From IMG/VR virus record IMGVR_UViG_3300043777_000022, positions 4,544-68,543 of that record: a stretch of DNA of 64,000 nucleotides; one strand, written 5' to 3'. The notes beneath the pieces are model-generated. The model made no database searches. It was not told the DNA's origin and was given only the letters and a program-made list of their open reading frames with translations. Positions 26,743-36,698 of this stretch are shown here, piece by piece. Each line of letters starts with the position of its first letter. The first letter of the stretch is position 1. The DNA is from a virus. The position numbers were made by a program, and so were the translations under genes.

Positions 26743-28140
26743 ATGGCGCGTCTGGCGTCGGAAGTCAAAGAGACCCTGTTCAACGTCGCGGGTGCCGACT
26801 TCATCCTCGTTGAACTGTTGAAAGGCGAAGCGGTCCCCGTTTACGACCATTCGGGCGATCTGCTCAAGTTCAAATCCGGTGCCGAGGCCAGTCGTTACGC
26901 TGAGCGCCTCTCCAACGAGCGCGGCAACAAGGTGCAGCCGCGCCGCGTCAACGACAAGGACTGGAAGAGCCGCGAGGCATTGCGCCTGAAGGACGGCATC
27001 TATCGGCCGCTCCCGTGGATCGACCAAAAGTGGTGGCTGGAGTTGGCCCCCATTCACAAGGACCACTTCCCCCACGTCTCGGTCCAAAAGCAGGCCCTCA
27101 TTTCCTTCACCGAGAGTGACGAGAAAGGGTCGGCCGACCTGCAGACCGTCATAAAGCCCGGCAAGTATTTCGAGCGCTTCTTCGGCGACAAAGTGTCGGA
27201 CTACTTGGTGCGCGACCTGTGTACCATTTTCTCGGCTAAGTTTGAAGTGAACGAAGTTATGTTCGCGGAGACCGCCGACGAAATGGAGGAGATTTACACC
27301 ACTGGCCCGGCTTCGTGTATGACGAAGGCGGCGTCGGCTTATCCCACCAAGGGTATCCACCCGGTGCGCATGTACGCGGCGGGAGACTTGGCGATAGCCT
27401 ACATTCAGCGCGAGGGTCGCGTCGTCGCCCGCGCGGTGTGCTGGCCCGCCAAGAAGGTGTACAGCGCCCATGTTTACGGCGACAGCGGGCGCTTCGACCC
27501 TATGATGAAGAAACTTGGCTTTAGCAAGGGCGGGTCGATGGACGGTGCCCGGCTGGCCAAGTTCCGCGTGGCGTCTAAGGACGCCAAGAACATGCACCAC
27601 TTCGTGATGCCCCACGTCGATGGCTATGACTCGGTAACCGTGGCCAAGGAGCATCTGATCCTGGGGCGCGGCAACGGGGGCAAGAACGTGCTGACCTTCG
27701 GCGGCGGCAGCGGCATCACTGAAAGCTGTGGTATCGTCTGCGCCAAGTGTGACGCCGAGGACCTGCGGTCGCGCGATATGGCCAACGTCATCACCGACAC
27801 CAAGGGCGGCACGCAATCCATGTGGTGCCACGACTGCAGCAAGGTTCACGCAGTCGAGTGCATGCAATCCGGCTACCGGGTGTCTAAGGACGTGGCCGTT
27901 GAAATCGACGAGCCGAAGGGATGGATGTGGAAGCGGTATGCTGAGACCAACGCCGTCCGCTGCTCCGCGACCAAGAAAATGATCACCCGGGGCGTAGCTG
28001 TACCTGACGAGCATGGCGGTTTTTGGTCGCCCTCCTACGCTAAGACCCACAAGGCCGGGTACAAGTGTCCGTCTTGTGGCCGTACCCGTCACGGCAGACT
28101 GCTCTGCCACAACTGCGGAAGCACCCGATATGAGCGATAA
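26743..28140 (+). CDS. Hypothetical protein (SCM...HPVRMY...ARAVCW) with C-terminal Cys clusters
   Basis: SD AGGAG; multiple CxxC. Confidence 0.75.
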   Translation: MARLASEVKETLFNVAGADFILVELLKGEAVPVYDHSGDLLKFKSGAEASRYAERLSNERGNKVQPRRVNDKDWKSREALRLKDGIYRPLPWIDQKWWLELAPIHKDHFPHVSVQKQALISFTESDEKGSADLQTVIKPGKYFERFFGDKVSDYLVRDLCTIFSAKFEVNEVMFAETADEMEEIYTTGPASCMTKAASAYPTKGIHPVRMYAAGDLAIAYIQREGRVVARAVCWPAKKVYSAHVYGDSGRFDPMMKKLGFSKGGSMDGARLAKFRVASKDAKNMHHFVMPHVDGYDSVTVAKEHLILGRGNGGKNVLTFGGGSGITESCGIVCAKCDAEDLRSRDMANVITDTKGGTQSMWCHDCSKVHAVECMQSGYRVSKDVAVEIDEPKGWMWKRYAETNAVRCSATKKMITRGVAVPDEHGGFWSPSYAKTHKAGYKCPSCGRTRHGRLLCHNCGSTRYER

Positions 28141-29329
28141 ACTGACGACGGCGGGCGTGCAAGAACTGTACGCGATGCTCAAGACCTGCCGCCCTCACGG
28201 GTCGCGGGCCGAAGTGGACTTCAACAAGAAGTTTCTGCTGCCGCTGGGGGTGACGTTTGACTCTTTCGGCAACTCCTGGAAGAAGATCGGCACCGCGCCC
28301 ATCGCCTATTCGTCGCACGTGGACACCGTTCACAGTCTCGGCGGCACGCAAAACATCGTGCGGACCGACGATTACGTGCTGAAGCTGCACAACAACTCCC
28401 CTTCCAACTGCCTGGGTGCCGACGACACGGCGGGGGTGTGGCTGATGGCGGAAATGATCCGGGCCAAGCGGCCGGGGCTGTATATCTTCCATCGGGGTGA
28501 AGAGTGCGGCGGCAAGGGGTCGGATTTCATATCCAAGCACACCAAGCATCTGGTGGAGGGTATGGAGTTCATGGTGGCCTTCGACCGCAAAGGCTGCGAC
28601 TCCATAATCACGCACCAATTCGGAGGGCGCTGCTGCTCCGACGACTTCGGCAAATCCCTGGCCAAGCAACTGGGCGAGGATTATAAGCTAGACAAGGGAG
28701 GCTCGTTCACGGACAGCGCCAACTATACGGACTTGATCGCCGAATGTACCAACGTGTCGGTCGGTTACGAACGCCAGCATACCAAGTCCGAAGAGTTGAG
28801 CATGCACCACTTGGTGGACCTGCGCATGGCGCTGATGCACTTGGACGTGGACAAGCTGGTGATCAAGCGCAAGCCCGGCGAAAAAGTCTACGACCGTTAC
28901 AATTATGGATACGGCGGCTACCAAGACCCCGAATTTGGCTGGTTCTCGGGGGGCTATTGGGACTACGAGCAAAAGAAGTGGGTGTCCTGCACCAAGGACG
29001 TGTGGCTCGCCCGCAAGCGCCAGGAAAAGTACGGCAAGAAGGGCACCAACGTGGTGGCCATGTCGTCGCAGCAGGAAGGCCCGCCGGTCATTGACCCGAC
29101 TAATCCGGACGAGCGCGAAATGGCTGCCTTCTGCTGCGCCAACTACGAGAAAATAGCCATCATGCTGCTCGACTGGGGCTTCGATGCCGACAGCGTGAGA
29201 ATGTGCATGGCGTCGTCGCTGGTGGACGCAGGCAAGGCCAAGGCGACAGCCAAGGACAAAGGCGATAAGACCGACATGACGTCGGAGAATTACGACCCCA
29301 AGGCCGATACGGAAAAGAGGCCAATGTGA
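28130..29329 (+). CDS. Zn-dependent M28/M20-like hydrolase
   Basis: SHVDTVH, LGADD, GEE.G, FDRK, QH metal-ligand motifs. Confidence 0.8.
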   Translation: MSDKLTTAGVQELYAMLKTCRPHGSRAEVDFNKKFLLPLGVTFDSFGNSWKKIGTAPIAYSSHVDTVHSLGGTQNIVRTDDYVLKLHNNSPSNCLGADDTAGVWLMAEMIRAKRPGLYIFHRGEECGGKGSDFISKHTKHLVEGMEFMVAFDRKGCDSIITHQFGGRCCSDDFGKSLAKQLGEDYKLDKGGSFTDSANYTDLIAECTNVSVGYERQHTKSEELSMHHLVDLRMALMHLDVDKLVIKRKPGEKVYDRYNYGYGGYQDPEFGWFSGGYWDYEQKKWVSCTKDVWLARKRQEKYGKKGTNVVAMSSQQEGPPVIDPTNPDEREMAAFCCANYEKIAIMLLDWGFDADSVRMCMASSLVDAGKAKATAKDKGDKTDMTSENYDPKADTEKRPM

Positions 29330-29508
29330 AGGTCGGCGAAGATCGCCGTCTCAAGGTGTTGTATCACGGGCGCGCGGGAGCGGTGGAGAAGATGCTGTCC
29401 AAGGCCTACTGTACGGTACAGTTCCCAGGCAGCGACTATTACGTGCTGTGCGCCATCGATGATTTAACTCCGATTTCGGAGGAAGAATATAGGAGGAAAG
29501 TGCGATGA
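29326..29508 (+). CDS. Small SH3-like protein without tag
   Basis: GAVEK...CTVQFPG...CAIDDLTP. Confidence 0.55.
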   Translation: MKVGEDRRLKVLYHGRAGAVEKMLSKAYCTVQFPGSDYYVLCAIDDLTPISEEEYRRKVR

Positions 29509-29756
29509 AGAAAGTTGACCCGCCCTCGGAAACACTTCGACATAACGGCCTTAAGAAGATGGAGGACGTGGAGGTTGGGGTAGTCGTGACAGCATTGAAC
29601 GGGAACTGTGTCTTCCTTACCAACGAGGTGATCCGGATACTGGCGGACCGAACCGACTAGACACGCCCCTGCCGCTATGCTACGGTAGGGTCGAGGGAGT
29701 ACGACTGAGGGGCGCGTTCCTGCCCAAACAATCCAAAAAATATAGGAGCGGGCATA

Positions 29757-30407
29757 ATGCCATCGTTAGCGCAACAAGCTAAGGCTGCGGGAATTGAAAT
29801 CAGGGACATGGGCGACCGGGTCGAAGCCTGGGTGGGAAAGAAAATAATCGCCTTCAACTGCAACAAAGACACCACGATCAAGAAGGCGCTGGAGCGCCTT
29901 GAAGAGGACCGGCTGCGCAAGCTGCCGTACGACCAGGAGGTGGACCTGCGCCCTGCGCGAGGCCGCGCCCTGGTCCCGGTGCCTACCCCCGCACCCTCGC
30001 CTCGTGCGCGCACGGAGACCGTATCCGCCGCGCTCGACGCCATATCCGGCCCGATACCGGGCTACGACGAGGACGCGGCGGGCCGCGCCGTCTCCAAGAT
30101 AATCAAGGGGTCCATCGTCAAGAACAAGTACAAGGTCACGTATAAGGCCAACGGCGGGCACTGCGGCGACCGGATCGCCGAAGAGCTGGAAGAGTACGTG
30201 CGGGTCCGGGTTGGCAGCCAACTGCGCACCAGCGTGGAGCGCCTGAAAGAAGTAGCTAAGGATAACGGCCTGTGGCTGGAGCGCTATCTCGGTCTGAATG
30301 TCGGCCAGCTTCGTATGACGATAGGCAACCGGCTGCGGGTCAAGTACAACGAGGGCGCGGAAATTGTGATCGGCGGCGTGCCGTTGGTGAAAGAGATAGC
30401 GGTGTAA
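29757..30407 (+). CDS. Paralog of 16944-17543 (LNVGQLRMTIGNRLR)
   Basis: Shared SIV..K.K..Y...GG..GD and LN.GQ.RM..GN.LR. Confidence 0.75.
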   Translation: MPSLAQQAKAAGIEIRDMGDRVEAWVGKKIIAFNCNKDTTIKKALERLEEDRLRKLPYDQEVDLRPARGRALVPVPTPAPSPRARTETVSAALDAISGPIPGYDEDAAGRAVSKIIKGSIVKNKYKVTYKANGGHCGDRIAEELEEYVRVRVGSQLRTSVERLKEVAKDNGLWLERYLGLNVGQLRMTIGNRLRVKYNEGAEIVIGGVPLVKEIAV

Positions 30408-30586
30408 GATGGCGCTGAAATCTCGCAAGGACGAGTTCGTTATGGTTGAAACCGACCCCGCGCACGTGTCGTCCGAAGAATTCAGGGTGAGCATTTTGTT
30501 TAAGCAACGGTGGCAGGGCCGGTGTGCCCAACCCTGTGTCAACGCCAATTTTTGTTCGTGCTACAAGTGGGCTGAGGAAATAGTTT

Positions 30587-30784
30587 ATGACCGTTAATGC
30601 ACCAGAGTTGTTTGAACCCAAATTGCCGCGCCGATACGCGATCCACGCGCAGTTCATCCGGGACAACCACGGCGTGGACCCCGCCATGTTGGCGGCCGAC
30701 CTGAACATTCAGGAAATGACGGTGCGCACGATCCAACGAAAGTTGGGGCTGCGGGGATGCACGAACCAAAGGAACAAAGAATGA
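30587..30784 (+). CDS. Small HTH-like protein
   Basis: PAMLAADLNIQEMTVRTIQRKLGL. Confidence 0.55.
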   Translation: MTVNAPELFEPKLPRRYAIHAQFIRDNHGVDPAMLAADLNIQEMTVRTIQRKLGLRGCTNQRNKE

Positions 30785-31164
30785 AGTATGCAATAGCGTT
30801 TGTGGCGTTAGTGTTACTGTCGTCGCCTGCTGCTGCGCGGCCTCACCACCATTACCAGGGCCATGCCCACCACTTTGCCCATCGTGGGCACGGTTACACG
30901 CCTTGGTGTGGGATTTACATGCGGACCCAAGTGTTCGGCGATCCCGGTCCCTCCTACAATCTTGCCCGCAACTGGGCGCACTGGGGACATGCTGCCTTTG
31001 GCCCCGCTCCCGGTGTCGTCGTGGTCTGGCCCCATCATGTGGGCAAGGTGGTGTACGGTTCGTGTCCGGCTGGGCAGGCTATGGTCAACTCCGGTAACGA
31101 CGGCAACGCCGTGCGGACCCGGTGCCTCCCGATGCGGGGCGTGATTGCGTACAGGAGTCAATAG
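30781..31164 (+). CDS. Secreted CHAP/NlpC-like protein
   Basis: Signal peptide, His-rich linker, WCG...HHVG...SGND. Confidence 0.65.
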   Translation: MKYAIAFVALVLLSSPAAARPHHHYQGHAHHFAHRGHGYTPWCGIYMRTQVFGDPGPSYNLARNWAHWGHAAFGPAPGVVVVWPHHVGKVVYGSCPAGQAMVNSGNDGNAVRTRCLPMRGVIAYRSQ

Positions 31165-31685
31165 TGGCCACCGACATTTGGTTCATTTCAGACACTCATT
31201 TCTTTCACTCGAATATTCTTAAATTTCTAGACAAGGACGGGTTGCCCTTTCGCCGGTTCTCGTCCGTGGAGGCCATGAATGAAGACATGGTCGATAAATG
31301 GAACGCCGTTATCAAACCCCAGGATCATGTTTATCATCTTGGGGACGTCACTTTTCGTTATGATCGTCCTTTTTCTGAGCTTATGTCTCGCCTTAAAGGC
31401 TGCAAGCGCTTGGTCATCGGCAACCACGACAAACTTAAGAACATGGCGCTCACTAAGTGGTTCGACAAAATCATGTTGTGGCGAGGCTTTAAGGACTTTG
31501 ACTTCACGTGCGTTCACATTCCCCTGATGCTGAAGTCACTGCGCGACGGCCATTTCTGCGTCCACGGACATATTCATCAAAATCTGATGGAAGACCCACA
31601 TTACATCAACTTGTGTGTGGAACATACCAACTACGCCCCGGTCCATTTGGATGAACTGCGCAAAATTATCGCGGAACGATCCTAG
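31164..31685 (+). CDS. Metallophosphoesterase
   Basis: SDTHF, HLGD, GNHD, HGHIH. Confidence 0.9.
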   Translation: MATDIWFISDTHFFHSNILKFLDKDGLPFRRFSSVEAMNEDMVDKWNAVIKPQDHVYHLGDVTFRYDRPFSELMSRLKGCKRLVIGNHDKLKNMALTKWFDKIMLWRGFKDFDFTCVHIPLMLKSLRDGHFCVHGHIHQNLMEDPHYINLCVEHTNYAPVHLDELRKIIAERS

Positions 31686-31722
31686 ACTTCATTTTAAGAC
31701 TGTGCTTTAATGCGTCTATATT

Positions 31723-32064
31723 TTGATAGGTGGTATTTTGAGTGTCGTTTGCGTTCACCCCATATCCAACAAAGATGTAGACATTTCCAGCGCCGAGACC
31801 TACGGCGAATTGGTACTGGTTAATAGCCGCTACATCTTCATTGACGAAGTCACCGACGAACAGCCGCCGCAGGCCTTCGTGAACAACATGCTGCGCGTGG
31901 TGGACAAGTTCGAACCCGACGACGATTACCTGCTGATTGCGGGCGACCACCTGCAGCTTATTATGATGGCGGCGCTGTTGGCTAACAGGTGGGGTAGGTT
32001 CAAGGTTTTGCGCTACGATAGGAAGGCGGGGGGTTACGCCCCGGTCGAAATTAACACCGAATAG
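31723..32064 (+). CDS. Hypothetical protein; start uncertain
   Basis: DISSAETYGEL...DDYLLIAGD. Confidence 0.65.
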   Translation: MIGGILSVVCVHPISNKDVDISSAETYGELVLVNSRYIFIDEVTDEQPPQAFVNNMLRVVDKFEPDDDYLLIAGDHLQLIMMAALLANRWGRFKVLRYDRKAGGYAPVEINTE

Positions 32065-32066
32065 GA

Positions 32067-32600
32067 GTGGTTATGTTTCCTGTAAAAGACAAGAATATTG
32101 AGCCAAGCCTGCCGTGTGGGCCGCAATTGCTCGGGTTGTTGGGCCAGATCGAAGCGGATATCGAGTATGAACTACGACCCCAACTCGTGCAAGCGGAGAG
32201 TATGGAACCGGTGGCGTTTGCTAGGGCGTTCGTTAATTTGCGCGACCTGAAGGATCGTATTGATGCCGCACAAAAAAAGGTGTCGGGGCTTTATGAGGAG
32301 TGGAAGACGGTGAAGGTGCCTGAGAAGTTTGAACAGAATGGCATACCCAACATTAACCTGGACGAGGGGTTTAGGGTTGGGGTCAGTCATCGGGTCTTCG
32401 CCTCCGTGAACAAGGATAAAAAAGATGCGGCCTATGCTTGGTTGCGTGAGAACGATCTTGGAGATTTGATCACTGAGACCGTGAATACGAGTACGCTAAG
32501 TGCCGTGGCGAAGAGCATGGCGGAAGAGAATAAAGAACTCGAGCCGTCCCTCTTCAATATCAGCGTCGTAAATAATACAAGCGTTACCAAAACAAAGTAA
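32067..32600 (+). CDS. Replication-module hypothetical protein
   Basis: AYAWLREND.GDLI.ETVN.STL; precedes SSB-like gene. Confidence 0.7.
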   Translation: MVMFPVKDKNIEPSLPCGPQLLGLLGQIEADIEYELRPQLVQAESMEPVAFARAFVNLRDLKDRIDAAQKKVSGLYEEWKTVKVPEKFEQNGIPNINLDEGFRVGVSHRVFASVNKDKKDAAYAWLRENDLGDLITETVNTSTLSAVAKSMAEENKELEPSLFNISVVNNTSVTKTK

Positions 32601-32610
32601 GGAGAAAGAA

Positions 32611-33435
32611 ATGGCTAAGACACAAGCAGTTGCAGTTAAGGACGACAAGTTGCCCGCCCTGCCGGACTTCATGCAGGAACACGTCAGTCTTGGAACCGAG
32701 CGTCTCGGCGCTGGCGACACTGAAGTGCCGCGCATTAAGTTGATGCAGGCTCTTTCTCCTGAGTTGGAAGAGTACAGCGTCAAGCAGGGCCAATTCTGGC
32801 ACACGCTCGCCGAGGAGAACTTGGGCGCGGAGGTTCGCATTTCGCCGATCTTCACCGACACCCGGTTCATCTTGTGGCGTCCTCGCAAGTCGGGCGGCGG
32901 CATTCTTGCCCGGGCTGACAACGGCATCAACTGGTCTCCGCCGAACGGCGAGTTTGCCGTGAAGCTTGACTCCGGTAAGGAAGTAACGTGGCGTACCGCT
33001 CCGACCGTGGCCGCGTCCGGTCTCGCCGAGTGGGGGTCGTCTGACCCGAGCGACACCGGTTCACCGCCTGCTGCTACCCGCATGTACGTGTTCGCGGTGA
33101 CGTTCCCGGACATGCCTGAAATGCCGCCCGCAGTTATTACGCTGCAGCGCAGTGCTATCAAGGTCGCGCGTCGCTTCATTGGCAAGCTTAAGATCACGCA
33201 GGCTCCGTCCTTTGGCCAGATTTACAAGATGACGGCCGTGAAGGACAAGAATGCGGCGGGCCAGGACTTCTATAACTTCGCCTTTACGAAGGACGGCCTG
33301 ATCGAAGATAAGGACCTGTATGAGTCCAATTATGGCTACTACAAGTTCTTCAAGTCGCAGGGCGTGAACGTCAAGGACCTGGAAGGAACGCAGGGCGACG
33401 AGACGGAAGTTCCGGAAGACAAGGTGGCGTACTGA
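32611..33435 (+). CDS. Putative single-stranded DNA-binding protein
   Basis: PRIKLMQALSPE motif, acidic C-tail, strong SD. Confidence 0.6.
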   Translation: MAKTQAVAVKDDKLPALPDFMQEHVSLGTERLGAGDTEVPRIKLMQALSPELEEYSVKQGQFWHTLAEENLGAEVRISPIFTDTRFILWRPRKSGGGILARADNGINWSPPNGEFAVKLDSGKEVTWRTAPTVAASGLAEWGSSDPSDTGSPPAATRMYVFAVTFPDMPEMPPAVITLQRSAIKVARRFIGKLKITQAPSFGQIYKMTAVKDKNAAGQDFYNFAFTKDGLIEDKDLYESNYGYYKFFKSQGVNVKDLEGTQGDETEVPEDKVAY

Positions 33436-33635
33436 TGCCTATCAGTTCTGAACAGGAAGAGTTGCTCAACGCAATTTTTAGCGAGGCGGAAGACGCTCCC
33501 GGTCTTAACGATTGGGAGCGCAACTTCCTTAAGGACAATATGCAACGCTACAAAGAGTATGGGGCAGGTATTAATTTGTCGCCGAAACAATGGGCGGTTC
33601 TGAAAAAAATCCATGATAAAGTCTCGGAAGCTTAA
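33435..33635 (+). CDS. Small protein (LNDWERNF...LSPKQ..VLKKI)
   Basis: Coupled ORF. Confidence 0.65.
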   Translation: MPISSEQEELLNAIFSEAEDAPGLNDWERNFLKDNMQRYKEYGAGINLSPKQWAVLKKIHDKVSEA

Positions 33636-34075
33636 TGCCTAACATAATGGACTTATACAGTAGGTTCGTGTGCCCTGAGCCTAATTCTGGATGTTGGATT
33701 TGGACTGCCTACACCAATAAAGCGGGTTATGGCCAGTTTCGGTATGAAGGTAAGCAAGAATTAGCGCATCGTGTATCTTGGTTTATCAAAAATGGCCGCA
33801 CTGATAAGTGCGTGCTTCATCGTTGTGACAATCGCCCTTGTGTTAATCCGGACCACTTGTTTGAAGGAACACAACAAGACAACATTCGCGATTGTGTAAA
33901 TAAAGGCCGACACGGCTGGGTAACGGGGGAGGATGATCCTAATGCCAAGTTAACGTGGGACTTAGTTAGAGCTATTAGGAAAGACCCACGCCCTGGTAAG
34001 ATAGTTACCAAAGACTACGGCATTAGTTATGGGCATTATCGCCAGCTTAAAAGGGGGCGGTGGTGGAAAGAGTAG
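33635..34075 (+). CDS. HNH homing endonuclease
   Basis: GCWIW..GYG, AHRVSW, LHRCDNRPCVNPDHL..GT..DN. Confidence 0.9.
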   Translation: MPNIMDLYSRFVCPEPNSGCWIWTAYTNKAGYGQFRYEGKQELAHRVSWFIKNGRTDKCVLHRCDNRPCVNPDHLFEGTQQDNIRDCVNKGRHGWVTGEDDPNAKLTWDLVRAIRKDPRPGKIVTKDYGISYGHYRQLKRGRWWKE

Positions 34076-35904
34076 AGGAGATTTTTAATCGCCTTCGTGG
34101 TTCAAAGCGTATTGTTCTCGACCTAGAAACTTCGGGGTTGGATTTTAAGCGCAACCACGTAGTCGGCTGGGTGCTGACCTTTGGTCCGCGCGAGGGCGAG
34201 TCGTTTTATCTCCCGCTGCGCCATGCGGGCGGCGGTAACATTGAGGGGTGCTTGGTCCCGCAGACTAAAGACGGTTGGGACGGGTCATTGCATCCTGTTG
34301 AGAAGGAATTAATTAGAGAATTAAATCGCCCTGACCTGGAAATAGGGGGGCACAACCTTAGTTTTGATTTGAAATTTGCTTACAAATTAGGGTTGGTCGA
34401 TCCGGTTGCCAAATTCAATGATTCTATCATCAATGCTCCCTTGCTCAACGAGTACGCTCCGTCGTTTGCGCTAGATGCTTGTTGTAAGGCGGCAAGTGTC
34501 GTAGCTAAGAGAACTACTATTTATGATTACCTAATATCGCGTTTTCCGGAACTAAAGACGACTCCCAAACAAGCGATGGGCAGTTATTGGCGCTTAGCCG
34601 GTGACGATCCACAAGCGGTGGACTACGCGCAAATGGACGGCACGGCCACCTGGGCTTTGCTTGACTATCAGTCAAAGGAGTTGGGTGCGCAAGAACTGAA
34701 CAGGGTGCACGCTATTGAGTCACGCCTAATCCCAGTTTTGGTTAAAATGAGTTGCAGGGGCATAAAGATCGATGAAGAGCGTCTCGACGCTGTGACGCGA
34801 GAGACAGAGAGACGTATCGAGGAGGCGCGGAGAGCGCTACCGGAGGGCTTTAACTCTAGGGCACCTAGTCAGGTGCAGGCTCTCATGACGCGCTACGGCT
34901 ACATGGATTGGCCGCTTACTCCTAAAGGTAAGCCCTCTTTCCCGGAACAATGGCTTATAACCAACGACATTGGGCAGAAGATCGTTAATCTGCGTAAGTT
35001 TGAGAATTTAAAAGCCTCCTTCTTGACCCCCATGAAGGAGCAGCATTTGTTCAAAGGCCGTGTCCACCCGGAGTATAATCAACTGCGCGGGGACGATTTT
35101 GGAACTATCCTAGGTCGTTTGAGTTCCAGCAATCCCAATTTGCAGCAGGTTAATAAGCGAAGCAAAGAACTTGGTTATTTGCATCGTTCTATTTTTGTGC
35201 CTGACGAAGGCAAACGTTGGGGCAGTGCTGACTATTCCCAGATGGAACCAACTTTATTGGCGTACTATTCACGCTGCAGAGTGTTATTAGATGGGTATAG
35301 GTCCACACCTCGGATTGACGCTCACTTAGCGGTCGCCCAGGCTGTTAATCAGGCCACATGGGACGGAATGTCAGGGGCCGAGCAAAAGGCCGCCCGCGAA
35401 GTAGGTAAGCGTATTAATCAGACACTAATTACTGGAGGGGGCAAGGGCGTCTTGGTATCTAAATATGGAGTACCCGCGTCTGATGTTGATAAGCAGTGGA
35501 ACGACTACTTTCGAAGACTGCCTGAAATACGCGATTTCCAGCGCAAGGCCTCTGCGCGAATGCGGGATCGAGGTTATGTAGTAACGCTCCTTGGCCGTCG
35601 TTGTAGGATGGCTGATAAAGATTATGTGGCAGTTAATCGTTTGTTGTCTGGCGGGAACGCAGATTGCCTGAAGCAAAAGTTGGTGCAGATTGACGACTAC
35701 CTGCGTTCTGAAGGCGACGCGTGCAATGTTCTCTCGAACTGTCACGACGCGTTGGAGTTTCAGTTTAATGACGAGCGCGTCTACAAGCGTTGTCTTGAAA
35801 TAATGGTGGACTTTGGGCCGGATAATTTGATAACATTAGACGTGCCCGTGGCCATCGAAAGCAAAGAGGGCGGTTCATGGGCTGCAGCGACTTGGGATGA
35901 ATGA
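34060..35904 (+). CDS. polA: Family A DNA polymerase with 3'-5' exonuclease (DpoZ candidate)
   Basis: DLETSG, HNLSFD, YAQMD; GRLSSSNPNLQQ; DYSQME; CHDA. Confidence 0.9.
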   Translation: MVERVEEIFNRLRGSKRIVLDLETSGLDFKRNHVVGWVLTFGPREGESFYLPLRHAGGGNIEGCLVPQTKDGWDGSLHPVEKELIRELNRPDLEIGGHNLSFDLKFAYKLGLVDPVAKFNDSIINAPLLNEYAPSFALDACCKAASVVAKRTTIYDYLISRFPELKTTPKQAMGSYWRLAGDDPQAVDYAQMDGTATWALLDYQSKELGAQELNRVHAIESRLIPVLVKMSCRGIKIDEERLDAVTRETERRIEEARRALPEGFNSRAPSQVQALMTRYGYMDWPLTPKGKPSFPEQWLITNDIGQKIVNLRKFENLKASFLTPMKEQHLFKGRVHPEYNQLRGDDFGTILGRLSSSNPNLQQVNKRSKELGYLHRSIFVPDEGKRWGSADYSQMEPTLLAYYSRCRVLLDGYRSTPRIDAHLAVAQAVNQATWDGMSGAEQKAAREVGKRINQTLITGGGKGVLVSKYGVPASDVDKQWNDYFRRLPEIRDFQRKASARMRDRGYVVTLLGRRCRMADKDYVAVNRLLSGGNADCLKQKLVQIDDYLRSEGDACNVLSNCHDALEFQFNDERVYKRCLEIMVDFGPDNLITLDVPVAIESKEGGSWAAATWDE

Positions 35905-36337
35905 ACTTCAAGCCCAAAGCTTAGTGGTTAATGCTGTCCGAATTTACGACGGTTTTGGGGTAAAGCTAGCCCACAAGTTTTTGGTCGGTATTCCCGACCT
36001 ATTATTGTGTCTACCCAATCAACCTATCGGGTTATGGGAGGTTAAAATCGACAACGTTCCTAAACGCGACAATTACATTACTCTGAAGTTGACCCAATTA
36101 CAGGAGAAGACATTAAACGATCTAAATAAGGCGGGAGGTTACTGTGGGGTTATTTCGTTCTTGCGCGACGGACAAAAATTGTCAATAGCAGCTTTCCGTT
36201 ACGATATACTTCGATACGAAGACTCATGGACAGAAAAGCACCGAGTTAGTATACTAGGGTATGCTGAACTGCGGCGCGGATTGCGCGAAGAAACGATTGT
36301 TAGTGTATTAGAGAGGGCACATGGACAGCGCGTATAA
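35897..36337 (+). CDS. PD-(D/E)xK nuclease (VRR-NUC/resolvase-like)
   Basis: GIPDLL...WEVK...LTQLQ. Confidence 0.75.
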   Translation: MNELQAQSLVVNAVRIYDGFGVKLAHKFLVGIPDLLLCLPNQPIGLWEVKIDNVPKRDNYITLKLTQLQEKTLNDLNKAGGYCGVISFLRDGQKLSIAAFRYDILRYEDSWTEKHRVSILGYAELRRGLREETIVSVLERAHGQRV

Positions 36338-36698
36338 AGGATATCAATCGACTAATCCCAATGCCCCGTATTACAGAGCACCGGAAAAGCCCAAGACTCT
36401 GGTTCCAGACGCCTTGGTGTTAAGTTTCAAGCCTGAAGATTTGCTTGAGGAGCGCGGCCACACTCACGGCGAGTATAAAGAGACTGCTCGTATCGCGCAA
36501 TTTTTAAAAGCGTTTTTCCATGACGAACGGGGTTGGCGAGATTTGAACAATGCCCAAAAAGAAGCAATAGACATGACGTGCACCAAATTTGCACGAATAC
36601 TGGAAGGGGATCAAAATGCGCGCCAACATTGGGAAGACGTTGCCGGATATTCAGCGTTAATTGTGAATATGCTTAATGAAAAAGTGCCCTCGCTGTAA
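36321..36698 (+). CDS. DUF6378-like protein
   Basis: ERG.THG, KFARI, HWEDVAGYSAL. Confidence 0.75.
   Translation: MDSAYKGYQSTNPNAPYYRAPEKPKTLVPDALVLSFKPEDLLEERGHTHGEYKETARIAQFLKAFFHDERGWRDLNNAQKEAIDMTCTKFARILEGDQNARQHWEDVAGYSALIVNMLNEKVPSL

Noticed and set aside
26722-28182. 486-aa minus-strand ORF and similar long antisense ORFs (29766-30548, 60160-60921, 61271-62080)
   Set aside because: Shadows of high-GC3 genes on the other strand; no motifs or RBS
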